A stretch of 64,000 bases of DNA from Perkinsela sp. CCAP 1560/9. Lineage: Eukaryota; Protista; Euglenozoa: Kinetoplastea. The position numbers and the translations under genes are program-made. A model generated the notes under the pieces. The model had not been told where the DNA came from, made no database searches, and saw nothing but the letters and a program-made list of their open reading frames with translations. Positions within the stretch are counted from its first letter, which is position 1; each line of letters opens with the position of its first letter. The DNA lies in contig CBFFSA010000010.1 of assembly GCA_965644495.1 (NCBI GenBank), positions 1-64,000 of the forward strand. The letters are read 5' to 3'. Shown here in pieces: positions 21,939 through 32,779 of this stretch.

Positions 21939-22686
21939 ATGAATGACCTCCCCCCACTATCTGACTCTCGCATTGGACGGTTTGTGGCCGAGAGTCAGGT
22001 TGGCGACACTATCGCGGTTTTATGGTCCTCAGACAAAGTGCCACGTGGAGAAATGTGGAAGGGAGTGGTGAAGAAGATTGGCGAAGAGAAAACAACTATG
22101 TTGGTGGACTATGCGAAATTTGGCGAGCTTACGTTTCCTCCGACGAATGCTCGATTACATGGGGTGGAGAAACTCGCCACTGACCCTTACTCCGCTGCGA
22201 TGGAGCGTGTTGAAGGCCGAGAGACTGGAACGTTCGAACCGCTTGAGTTATCTACGTAGGCGATGTTCATCGAGGCACCCTCGGAGACGTAGTTTTGTGG
22301 AATTGGACGCTCATTTGCGTCGCTACTTTGGTATTGGAGCTGCCGAACGCAATGCCCCACGCTATCACCAAGACGAGCATCGGAAGAACGATTTGTTGCT
22401 AGCATTTTTGGCTTGGGTGCGAAACTCAATGAAAATGGGACTTGTATGGAAATCAGACGGGAACATGGCGGTCGGGGACAACATATTGGCGGCGTTGGTT
22501 GCTTACAAAGTTCGCGTTCAACATGGGGACTGCCGCGTCTTCGCACAGGCTCTTGAAGAAGCAAAAACGACCGGGGGACTGCGGGGAAAAATTCTACCTG
22601 CAATGATCAAAGCCATGGAGACAGAAAACGACCGAACAGGGCGAAACGCGGGCCCGATGACAAAACCGCAAGGGAAAAAATTCTGA
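21939..22686 (+). pseudogene. Gag-like ORF in two frames, no zinc knuckle
   Basis: Position before YR; FPP and FEPL motifs parallel gag 1/2; break near 22259. Confidence 0.6.
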
Positions 22687-22782
22687 CTCGAAGAATTCAA
22701 CAGAAATTTAGTCCAAGAAACAATAGATTATATAAGGGGCAATATAATAGAACTATCAACATTAGGGGCAATAATCTTTACA

Positions 22783-23931
22783 GTGAAGAATATTCTGGAA
22801 ATATATTTATTAAGGGGCATAAAAAATCAATTTCAAGAAGAGGGAAACGAAACATACGGAAATCAAACGGAAACCACAACCGGCGCCGGCACTACCAGTC
22901 ATGTCCGAAGTACTCAGTACAAGCAACCTTCCACGAGCAACAGGGCTGTTACAAGGATAGTAACAAGATCAAGAGCAAAGAGCTTACTGGAGATCGAAGA
23001 CCTCTTCCTCGACCGCGTGGAAGGCAACAGAGAAACAAGAGCCGCGATTCCTACAGTCGACGTTCAACAAATGATCGTTCTAGGCCAGGATCGTCTATTA
23101 GAAGAGAAATCCAACTCGCGCTGGAATCACCTTTCCAGCGTGTACAAACAGTATACAGTTTGGAAGGAAAATCTCGGAAACGACGTTCCAAGCGAAGATT
23201 GGTGTATAATATGCTTCTTGGAGTCGAAAATGAGACTAATCAATCCGCAAACTCAACGGGGTACCATCAGCATCCAAACCGCACATACGTATGCAAAGAG
23301 TCTGATACAAATCATATTCCGATCTGGGGGTCAATTGCAAAAGTCGACTGTAACAGCCTATATGCGATCCCTTCAGCGTCAAGGGGCTCAAATACCGGAG
23401 CATCAGGCGCCCCCGGCTACACGCGAACAAGTATTGGAGGCGTGCGAATGGCTGCTTCCGGACGAAGCCGCGGGCCTGACCTTGGCGTGGAAGACATGCA
23501 GCAGAATAGACGATGTCAAACATCTGAGGAAATTAGATTTACAAGTGGTAGATCTCGAGCGGAGAATACTGGGAGTAACGTTTCCGACTCACAAAGGGGA
23601 TCCCTTCAGAGTAGGGACTGCTATTCCAATGACTTGCAACTTGACGGAGTGGAAAATCTTCATGGACCAATTGGACAAGCTGAAGCCAGAAGACAAGTTC
23701 ACGACTTTAACGACGCTGAGAGCCAATGCCGTGCTGAAGCGGGTGAAAGCAGAGTTGTCGGCACATTCTGTAAAAAGAGGGGCTCTAGTATCACTCCTCA
23801 GAGAGGGAGTTCCACTGTCGGTAATACAGCTGTTGGCCAAGCACAAAGATCTGGAGACATTGTGGATATATCTCCCTCGACTGGAAGTGGCCTTGTCCCT
23901 AGGGCTACAGGACGCGACAAAATTACTGTGA
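22783..23931 (+). CDS. Tyrosine recombinase
   Basis: WKTCSR, HSVKR, AKH, WIY; start uncertain. Confidence 0.85.
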   Translation: MKNILEIYLLRGIKNQFQEEGNETYGNQTETTTGAGTTSHVRSTQYKQPSTSNRAVTRIVTRSRAKSLLEIEDLFLDRVEGNRETRAAIPTVDVQQMIVLGQDRLLEEKSNSRWNHLSSVYKQYTVWKENLGNDVPSEDWCIICFLESKMRLINPQTQRGTISIQTAHTYAKSLIQIIFRSGGQLQKSTVTAYMRSLQRQGAQIPEHQAPPATREQVLEACEWLLPDEAAGLTLAWKTCSRIDDVKHLRKLDLQVVDLERRILGVTFPTHKGDPFRVGTAIPMTCNLTEWKIFMDQLDKLKPEDKFTTLTTLRANAVLKRVKAELSAHSVKRGALVSLLREGVPLSVIQLLAKHKDLETLWIYLPRLEVALSLGLQDATKLL

Positions 23932-25685
23932 ACCCAGAAAACACCAAAGGACATGACAAGAAAACTAATTCAGCTGTTTACATACTAAAACGTCAATTAC
24001 AAGGTAGGTTCCCCTTGCACATCGGTAAGATCACGCTAGACAGCGATAACATTATAGGCGAACCGAATCCCGAACCTATCTACGTGCATAATTCAACGGA
24101 CATTGCTAACATTGCAACGAAGAAAATTGAAGACACAAACAATCAGTCTATGTCTCACGGGCAGCTCACCCGACCACCGAGCGTGCGAGCGTACAAAAAT
24201 CAGGGAATAATAGCTCCTATCACAACCACAAGACTGTCATATTCTATACTGAACAATATGAATGACGATGGCAGTCTAGACGTTTTACATCTACTACAGA
24301 ACGTCAACGCCTTTCACGCGCACATGCTGCGTGCACCTAAAGGCAATCGACCAGTATCTCGATTTATGAGACATCATTTACCAGACTTATTACGCATGGG
24401 GGTTGTAGAGAAGACCGAAGGACCGATAGTAGTACATCGTACCTTTACAGTTCCGAAGAAAGACTCCACACTTCGTCTAATCTGCGATTGTAGGAAACTC
24501 AACCGAGTTTTCGAATGCCCCCCCGCAATGCACCTACCATCCATACATAACGTGATTGAAAATCTGCTAGATTCGGAATGGATGGCTCACGCGGACGCAC
24601 GGAGTTACTTTTACCAATTTTCCCTCACTCCCGAGATCCGATCCTACTTTGGAGCGGTTTTAGGTCACGCTAGAGGAGAAACATGCAGTATTCAATTTTC
24701 TTCCATGCCCATGGGATGGTCATGGGCCCCGGCTATTGCACAGCGAGTTTCAAATTGCATTGTCCGGGACATTGGATTGGCCTGGGTAGACAATTTTCTT
24801 TTGTTCGGAAAATCCAAGTCAGAAGTAGAAAACCATGCAAAAGAATTTCGCGCCCGAGTCCACGCAGTTCAACTAGAAGTAGATGATCTCACCATGAAGC
24901 CACTACAGGAAGCGTGCGTACTTGGTATTGAATTTGATCTAAAAAATAAGAAGTACTGCATGTCAGAAAAGTGGACTGAAAAGGCGTATTCAAGATACAA
25001 TGACATAATCGGGAATGGGACGTGGACAGCTGTGGAACTGTATACGCTTTCTGGTTTACTAATGTGGAGGGCAACGGTTATGAAAATCCCACTATGCACT
25101 TTTGCACACCTTCTTCAAACACTAGGAAAAGTTGCCAGAAAAGTGCACGACGAAAAGTCTTGGGAGATCTCCTTCTCTCCGACCGACCACCTGTTAGGCG
25201 AACTGACTGATGCATTTTCCGCACTCAAGCGAAATGTTTGGTTAAAAAAGATAGGTCATACACCCAAAGAAGAAAAGGTGGAAGTTTGGACTGATGCCAG
25301 TTCAATCGTATGGGCTATTCTGTTGTTCAATCAAGGCATTCCCGAAACTGCAAAACAAGGCATGACAAAGCCCGGAGCCCATATATTCTACTCAGAGCTG
25401 AGTGCGGCTCTTGGTGGAATTATGGCAGCAGTCAGAAAAGGACATCGGGACATTCTATTGAACGTCGACAACGCGCCTGTAGCCATGGCCCTCCAGAGGC
25501 GTGCAAGCACTAACTTCACTGCCAATAGGTGGATGCAGTACATCCCATCAAACACTAACCTGAAAGTAAAGTGGGTACCTACCAACGCCCAAATAGCAGA
25601 TCCCTTCACGAGAAAATCCAGCGCTGAAGACTTGACACCACTGCCCTCCATCGGTACTTATATTGAGAGCCTACGGCGCCCGTAG
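23160..25685 (+). CDS. RT-RNase H
   Basis: VPKKDSTLRLICDCR, DARSYFYQ, MPMGWSWAP, WVDN, WTDAS, VDNA, QIADPFTR; start uncertain. Confidence 0.9.
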   Translation: MEGKSRKRRSKRRLVYNMLLGVENETNQSANSTGYHQHPNRTYVCKESDTNHIPIWGSIAKVDCNSLYAIPSASRGSNTGASGAPGYTRTSIGGVRMAASGRSRGPDLGVEDMQQNRRCQTSEEIRFTSGRSRAENTGSNVSDSQRGSLQSRDCYSNDLQLDGVENLHGPIGQAEARRQVHDFNDAESQCRAEAGESRVVGTFCKKRGSSITPQRGSSTVGNTAVGQAQRSGDIVDISPSTGSGLVPRATGRDKITVNPENTKGHDKKTNSAVYILKRQLQGRFPLHIGKITLDSDNIIGEPNPEPIYVHNSTDIANIATKKIEDTNNQSMSHGQLTRPPSVRAYKNQGIIAPITTTRLSYSILNNMNDDGSLDVLHLLQNVNAFHAHMLRAPKGNRPVSRFMRHHLPDLLRMGVVEKTEGPIVVHRTFTVPKKDSTLRLICDCRKLNRVFECPPAMHLPSIHNVIENLLDSEWMAHADARSYFYQFSLTPEIRSYFGAVLGHARGETCSIQFSSMPMGWSWAPAIAQRVSNCIVRDIGLAWVDNFLLFGKSKSEVENHAKEFRARVHAVQLEVDDLTMKPLQEACVLGIEFDLKNKKYCMSEKWTEKAYSRYNDIIGNGTWTAVELYTLSGLLMWRATVMKIPLCTFAHLLQTLGKVARKVHDEKSWEISFSPTDHLLGELTDAFSALKRNVWLKKIGHTPKEEKVEVWTDASSIVWAILLFNQGIPETAKQGMTKPGAHIFYSELSAALGGIMAAVRKGHRDILLNVDNAPVAMALQRRASTNFTANRWMQYIPSNTNLKVKWVPTNAQIADPFTRKSSAEDLTPLPSIGTYIESLRRP

Positions 25686-25945
25686 GGAATTCCGTATTTT
25701 CAAAGCAAATCATACTTAGCCCTCATCTAGTTTGCCCATTAGAAGAAAATAGAAGAACGTATAGCACATGGAATGAGTCTAATATTTAATGAGTTACACT
25801 TCTGCAAGAATTGAAGAGTTTAGTTTATCCTATTTTCTAAAACAGACGAAATTAAAATGTATGTCCCCGTGTGGGATGCTAATCCCCAAGTGGGACGTAC
25901 GAAAACATGTAGTACTTTTTCAGCCCATGATGAAAATTTTAGAAA

Positions 25946-26198
25946 GCAAGTAACGTACGTCAATTCGGGTTTAATACCGGGAAACAAATTTGAATGCCTT
26001 CCCTTGCTTTCCGGTGGAGCGCTGCATCGCAATACAGAAAATCTTCTCAAGACGCTGGCGGATAGGGGCCAACTTCCGCGTATGTCCGTGATTTCAGAAT
26101 TCAAATTGTATCTACAGGAGTTAAACGGGGCAGCTGCCCACTCGCAGCTTCGGCAATACCTTCCTCACAAGAACAGTGGGGAGGACTACGGGTTTTAA
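25946..26198 (+). pseudogene. RLE C-terminal fragment
   Basis: TYVNSGLIP...CLPLLSGG...LQELNG matches 36549-37106. Confidence 0.7.
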
Positions 26199-26838
26199 AG
26201 GTTTTTCAAAGTTCAAGGTCATAGTGGTTGGCAGATTTGGATGGAGAGGTAGGATTGAGAGTTTTCAAAGTTTTGTAGCTCATAAGAGCTTTTGCCGTTC
26301 TAAAGATCTGAGAGCGGAAAGGAAGCTATGACTGGTTACAGTCTAATGCTAAATTTGTACCCACGCGTGCATTTCAGATTGCAATCATGACACGCCTTGG
26401 GATGCCTCACCCTCGACTCCCGAAATCGCTGCTGTGCCCCGGCTGTCGTATGTTACTCGACAACAAAACAGCTTTGCAGCACATCCCCGGATGCGTCCAA
26501 TGTACAGGGCTTAATACCACAATGAAGCACAATCGGCTGGTTAAGTATATCTTCGATTTGGCACAAAAGGCCGGTATACAATGCGAGAAAGAACCGCGAT
26601 CTTTTTCGACTTGGCAATGCGGAATTTGCAAGAATAAAGTGTTTCCAAGCAACAAAATGATTCATGACAAAACATGTGCCGGACGTCAGCTGTTTCGCTC
26701 AGGGCCTGATTTGGTGATATATTGGTCAACCGGGGAAATATTTTACGATCTAACTGTGGTGCACGAGCTATCGAACTCCAATCAAGCGAAATCTTGTTCC
26801 CAGCTTCTTACTGATGCAATCAAGCGGAAACGGGATAC

Positions 26839-28760
26839 ATACGTCGTATGCTCGTATTGCGGCTGCCTACATCATCCCCCGACGCGATTATTAATGGATA
26901 CGGAATTGAAGAGTAATGTTCATGCGAAATGGGTTTTCTACTCGCGAGCTCAACCGGTACGAGCTGGGATTTAATTGTGGGGGGTAGGGCACAGTGTGGG
27001 GGGGTAGGAAAAACCCCCGGGTGTTTTTACCTTCCGGGTGTCACTTTTTCACTGCATTTCTCTTCAGGGAGGCGGCTTCGTGGGGGGAAATTGTTTGCTA
27101 GTTTGGGGTGGGCTGATTGCTTGTGGAAGGAGGAAAAACTAAGAAATTTACATACCAAAAAAAAGAATGATACTCCATATATTCATATAGAAAAAAAAAA
27201 GGACGACAGCGACAAGGGAAGTGATGAGGGCGGCAGAGATGGCGACAAGGAGGGCAGCGAGGATGCGGGGGAGGAGCACGGTGAGCAAGACCGCCAGGAG
27301 AGCGGCGAAGAGGGAGGGCAGAGGGCAATATTATCGTTTGGGGCCTGATCTGGTGGTATTCTGGAACACGGGAGAAATTTTCTATGACCTATCGGTAGTC
27401 CATGAATTATCATCATCCAACCAAAACAAGACTTGCACGAAACTTCTGCAAGATGTCATCGCACGCAAGAATGAAACGTACGTCGCCACTGGAATGATTC
27501 CTGATTACGCCCTCCAGTGTCTACCTGTGCTTTCTTGCGGATCTCTCCACCAAAACACAAGGTTCGTACTTCACGCGTTGGCGGATGCTGGATCGAGGGA
27601 GAGTGGAAATGGAATTCAAATTGATTCTTCAAGACTTAAATGGAAACGAAGTCTATGCCCAGATGCCTAGCTATTTGTCAAATCGGCAGACGCAGAAAAT
27701 TAGTCTCTAATCATCAGAAAAAAAATAAAAGTATTAGCTTATTATAGTTTACGGAAAGAATTGATCAAAGAAGATACTTTTGATTCTGTATGAGATCTGA
27801 CCGTGGCCCTACGGGGCACATGATAAAAAAATAAAAAAAAAGATAAAAAAATTCGTCAGCGTCACACCATTTCACTAAGACCTGCCGGATCTCCTTATCG
27901 AATTCCTGCGCAGCACAAAGGGAGGCGGAGGAGGGGGCGGCAAAGAGGGTGGAGGAGGAGGCGTAATAGGGCGGCAAAGCGAGTCGCGAACGAGAATGCG
28001 TTGTTGATTTTTTTACTTTCTACATTTCTATGGGAGTGGTCACCCGCTCCAAGGCGAAATTCTTACTGATGCAATAATAATAATATGCAATAATAATATG
28101 GTCACCCGCTCCAAGGCGAAATTCTTACTGATGCAAAAATAAAGTTCGCAAAAAGAACCCGTGTCAAGACCGCTTATTTTCTCTGCGTAAAGTTGCAACT
28201 AAAAGAACATACCGCAAAATAATAATAGTGAGAGATTCGTTTTTATGCAATATACATATGGTATATATATATGCGCAAGTCCACGTCAATTCCAACAACA
28301 ACGCCTAAAGTCGAAAACAATCATGCGGTAAATTATTCCCTAAAAATCTGTGAATAAAACCTCCAAAAAAAAGCAACGAGCAAACAAACTACAACCTAAA
28401 ACCGGATGGATTAGATGATCTTTGCTTTTATTAAGACCTTTGTTTTTATTAACTTTTGACTGGGTATACTCCTTAGGTCTTCTATGACTTGATTTGTATA
28501 TAACATTAGAAACAATTTCCATATGTTAAAACTTTTTGCAAAAGTTAATAAAGCTTTTGCTCTACTTTGCAACTCGAAAATTTTGGACCACCAAAAAAAA
28601 AAACTATCCCAAAAATGATATTCTATGTATTTTACAAGCTGACTCAGCTTATCGTGAATTTGTGTTTGAATTTATATACTATATTCTTGAGTTTGCGTGC
28701 AGCCGTCTAAGTATTTCTTTAGCTGCGCATAAATCCCTAATACATTAAGCAAAAAAAAAA
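26839..28760 (+). mobile_element. Composite poly(A)-tailed insertion with 26-bp TSD
   Basis: gatgcaatcaagcggaaacgggatac at 26813-26838 and 28761-28786; A10 at 28751-28760; contains an RLE piece (~27335-27710) and an element 5' end (28030). Confidence 0.8.
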
Positions 28761-29026
28761 GATGCAATCAAGCGGAAACGGGATACGTATGTGACATCCG
28801 GAAAAATTCCCGACTTCGCATTTCAGTGCATCCCAGTGCTGTCCTGCGGCTCTCTTCATCAAAATACGAGATCTCTGTTGCATGTCCTATCCGACGCGAC
28901 TCTCTTAAATTGTCGAGCAACTGAAATGGAGTTCAAGCTCCTACTTCAGGAACTGAATGGGACGGAAGTGTACGCCCAGTTGCGGAACCACTTATCCCCG
29001 GAAGGCAGCAGTAGGTACAGCATTTG

Positions 29027-29638
29027 TTGTTGTTGTTTAACCCGTTTGGCCATGACTGGCTATGGGTTCAGAGTACACCCTAGTTATTTAGTGCTCGTGT
29101 GAAACGGCACCGGGTATTACCGTACTCCGTGGGTGGTACGCTGTCAGTCGCGCGCAGACTTTCCCAGTGGGATGCCGCACTCGCAGATAGACAAGCAATA
29201 CCTGTCAGGTTGCGTGGTCTGACTTGTCATCCGTGACTTCAATGCCCGATGGATTCGCATCCTGGGGCAAAGAAGTAGTGGAACAGTCGTTATATTCTGT
29301 TCCACCACCAGGGATGACTCACGCTAGGGTGTGTGGAGCTTGCGAGGCTCTCTCACCAGCGGGGCTCACAATGGAGCTCGACCAGTGCCCTTCACAATTT
29401 AACAGCATCTGTGTGGGCTCGTTCGGTTCATCCTTCCTGCGAAATACCGCACGAACTCTTACACTTGGTCTTTCACCTTGAGCAACAAGTAACTTTTCTC
29501 TCACAACCGTACATAGTTGATTCAAAGCCTGTGCAGGCAGCGGCTCGGTAGGCGCGAGCTCGTCTGCACCGGGTGACACACTCCGTAAATTCCGTAAAGA
29601 ACGCGTCGATGAAGTCATAGCAACTTTCCTTACGCGAA
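29027..29638 (-). mobile_element. Chimeric insertion: YR gag 5' fragment fused to a (CAA)n-tailed structured element, 15-bp TSD
   Basis: taggtacagcatttg at 29012-29026 and 29639-29653; ~29400-29620 is homologous to gag 2; 29027-29400 is the reverse complement of 32403-32779. Confidence 0.85.
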
Positions 29639-29942
29639 TAGGTACAGCATTTGAGCCAAACGTATCAACATAGTTTCGTTTGTTCAATGCCAATATGTAT
29701 TATTATATACATAATATCTATAGATACCCATATAGGAAAAAGCTTATAAAGTCCACCCCCCTTAACAAAAGAAAGGTCAAGAAAACCTCCTTCTATGACA
29801 CCCTGGATAGTTTAAAAAAAAACGAGAAGGTCTCCAAGGATAGGGGTGAAGGGGCACATGGGGAATACAAGTATATTTCAAGTATATTTCATTGTTGACT
29901 TGTTGACTTTTTGTTTTATATCCCCTTTATTCTTACTTTCCC

Positions 29943-30400
29943 ATGGGAGTGGTCACCCGCTCTAAGGCGAAGGAATCGGGAGTATCTCCCGAAATTTTGC
30001 CTCTCCCCTCCACCCGGCGAAAGAAGAAAGCAACCGAGGTGCGATCTCCGCCGCCTCCGCCGCCAACATCAGAGAAATCACCGCAACCTGAACCATCCTC
30101 CTCTGCACTACGCTCGCAACCATCGCCCGGCCTGCGGCCTTCATCGCCTTCACTGCATTGCGCATCCACACCTTATCGGTCGAGAATACAAACTCCTACA
30201 GTGCCACTTGCCAAAAGAACGTGCGCTGTCGCAGCTGATGCTATAAGAACGGCATCAAGCGCCATGTCCGGTGCAGCATTGAATTCTGTAGACGTGCAAA
30301 TTCCGGAAACAGGAGGGGAGCCCGGTCGATCTCTCGGGTCTCCGCCATTTGACGATGGAATAGCCGCTGCATCTGGAGATACGGAGGATCACACAGCACA
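29943..30400 (+). pseudogene. 5' end of an RT-RLE ORF (MGVVTRSKAKE)
   Basis: Homologous to the starts at 8888 (-) and 28030. Confidence 0.65.
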
Positions 30401-30619
30401 CCTTGTTGAATTTCCCCCATGCACCCCCATCAATTTCCCCCATGCACCCCTTCACCCCTGGGGAAATTAAGCCCCCCTTCCGCCGCCCACTTCACCCCCT
30501 AGCGCCGCCCCCTTCGCCGTCCCCTCCACCCTGCTGCGTCGCCCTTCCCGCGACCTGTTTCGCCCCCCCTCTTGGGGAGGGAGCTTGAGCTACCCCATGC
30601 GTCGCCGCCGCCGCGCTCC

Positions 30620-31394
30620 CCGCCGTGGTTTGTTCAAGGAGGCTGGTTTTGACCCCTCCACTGAATATGTTTTTAACGGCGTCTTCTATAATCACGTAAC
30701 CCATAAGGTCAACCTGGGGCCTAGGGTTATACGGAAAATGTCACGAGATCGGTTTCGTAATATTACGTACTCTCAATTGGAGACGGCGGTGGGGCTCCTC
30801 CTCTATGCAGCAGCGGTCTTGGGTCATATTATTCCAGACTATCATTTCCCCTTAAAGATTGTTAGACGACGTATCAATGAGTTAAACCGATGCCCCGAAC
30901 TCGCACATCAACCGGTTCCTCTTCCGACAGCCACCCGATCGATTCTCGCGAATTGGCGTGATATCATTTTGGTAAATGAGCCTATATCACCACCTCCGCA
31001 TCCTGACGTTGTCCCGCATAAACACCGACTGTACACAGATGCGTCAGCTAAAGGATGGGGCGCGGTTCTTTACCGGGACGACGGACAAGTGATTATTGTT
31101 GGCGATAAATGGCAACCTGAGTTCAAATACGAAGTGAATCACGCTGAGGCGATGGCCGTTCGACTTGCGTTTGAAAAACTGACACACCACTTTCAAAAAG
31201 GAACCTGTGTTGATTAGTTTATTGACAACACCTCTTGCCAAGCAGCATTCAACCGCAAGATCGCGAAATCCGACAGTATTGCCGGAGAGCTCAAGCGTGT
31301 GTTGAAGACAAATCAGAACCTTGGCGTATGTATCATGGCACGTTATGTGAGATCTGCCGAAAACCCAGCGGACCCTATCAGCCGCACCGGATAA
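30620..31394 (+). pseudogene. YR-element RT thumb/RNase H fragment with a nonsense codon at 31215
   Basis: Close paralogue of the C-terminus of 2751-5672. Confidence 0.9.
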
Positions 31395-31632
31395 GCATGT
31401 ATACATACATGTATGGAAACTCGCATAGGTATGAATGTACCATTAATTAGTAAAACTCATTATATAGAATCAAAAAAAAATAAAAAAATTAGCTATATAG
31501 AAAATATATACTATTCAATTTCATTACGCGGTAGGAATTCTTGAAAAACGTTACGAGTTTTTAGTAATTGGCCGCCACCATTTGCTACAAACACGTGCGC
31601 GCGGGAGTTTGGATTACGGGCGAACGGGTTGG

Positions 31633-32365
31633 TTCGCGGAGTTGGTGGACGGGATGCCCGTTCGTAAGTTTGAGGAGTTGTTGACTGGGTTTCTGTGATT
31701 GTTTTTATTATATTGGCCAGGTACCTTGATAATTCGTCAGATAGATATAGCTTATTGGAAACTAAAAACAGTCGGGATGATTGGACTGAAACTTTCATTG
31801 AAGCGATATATTACTAGGAAAATTGGTTTTAACATGGTTTACTTTCATTATGATGCAGGGGAGAGAAGACGTTGATTTCTAGAAGTATACGTTTAGAAAT
31901 TTAGGATGATTGACATAATGGCCCTTCGGGGCACATAATATTTATATTATGATTTGTTTTTACAGATTGTGGCCCCGAAAGGGGCACCCGTTGTTAGATG
32001 TAATGAGATTTATAATTTAGTAGTACTCGGGATGAAGTAATATATATTGTTTTTGTGTATAGCGACACTCCTTCTTTTACCCTTTTCAAATTGCGCCCAC
32101 CCACCAACCCCCAACCATTTCGCGGAGTTGGTGGACGGGATGCCCGTTCGTAAGTTTGAGGAGTTGTTGACTGGGTTTCTGTGATTGTTTTTATTATATT
32201 GGCCAGGTACCTTGATAATTCGTCAGATAGATATAGTTTATTGGAAACAAAAAATGGTCGGGATGATTGGACTGAAACTTTCATTGAAGCGATATATTAC
32301 TAGGAAAATTGGTTTTAACATGGTTTACTTTCATTATGATGCAGGGGAGAGAAGACGTTGATTTC
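31633..32365 (+). repeat. 247-bp direct repeats (31633-31879 and 32119-32365), likely split terminal repeats of the YR element
   Basis: Near-identical copies downstream of the RNaseH stop. Confidence 0.85.
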
Positions 32366-32402
32366 GCTAAGAAACTAGGGTAGTCTCCATATGCAAAAAT
32401 TT

Positions 32403-32779
32403 AAATTGTGAAGGGCACTGGTCGAGCTCCATTGTGAGCCCCGCTGGTGAGAGAGCCTCGCAAGCTCCACACACCCTAGCGTGAGTCATCCCTGGTGGTG
32501 GAACAGAATATAACGACTGTTCCACTACTTCTTTGCCCCAGGATGCGAATCCATCGGGCATTGAAGTCACGGATGACAAGCCAGACCACGCAACCTGACA
32601 GGTATTGCTTGTCTATCTGCGAGTGCGGCATCCCACTGGGAAAGTCTGCGCGCGACTGACAGCGTACCACCCACGGAGTACGGTAATACCCGGTGCCGTT
32701 TCACACGAGCACTAAATAACTAGGGTGTACTCTGAACCCATAGCCAGTCATGGCCAAACGGGTTAAACAACAACAACAA
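32403..32779 (+). mobile_element. Structured non-coding element with (CAA)n tail
   Basis: Near-identical inverted copy at 29027-29400; bulged hairpin at 32689-32725; distant relative at 42864-43125. Confidence 0.75.

Larger units (their letters stand above)
21670..25945 (+). mobile_element. Tyrosine-recombinase retrotransposon 3 flanked by 80-bp direct repeats
   Basis: 21670-21749 equals 25866-25945 with 1 mismatch; gag-YR-RT/RH between them. Confidence 0.85.
26300..29654 (+). pseudogene. Zn finger-RLE fragment interrupted by two nested insertions
   Basis: CPGC, SGPD..FYDLTVVH..DAIKRKRDT; resumes at 28761; final stop at 29652-29654. Confidence 0.75.

Noticed and set aside
29024-29036. TTGTTGTTG as an SL relic
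   Set aside because: Better explained as the reverse complement of the (CAA)n tail abutting a TSD
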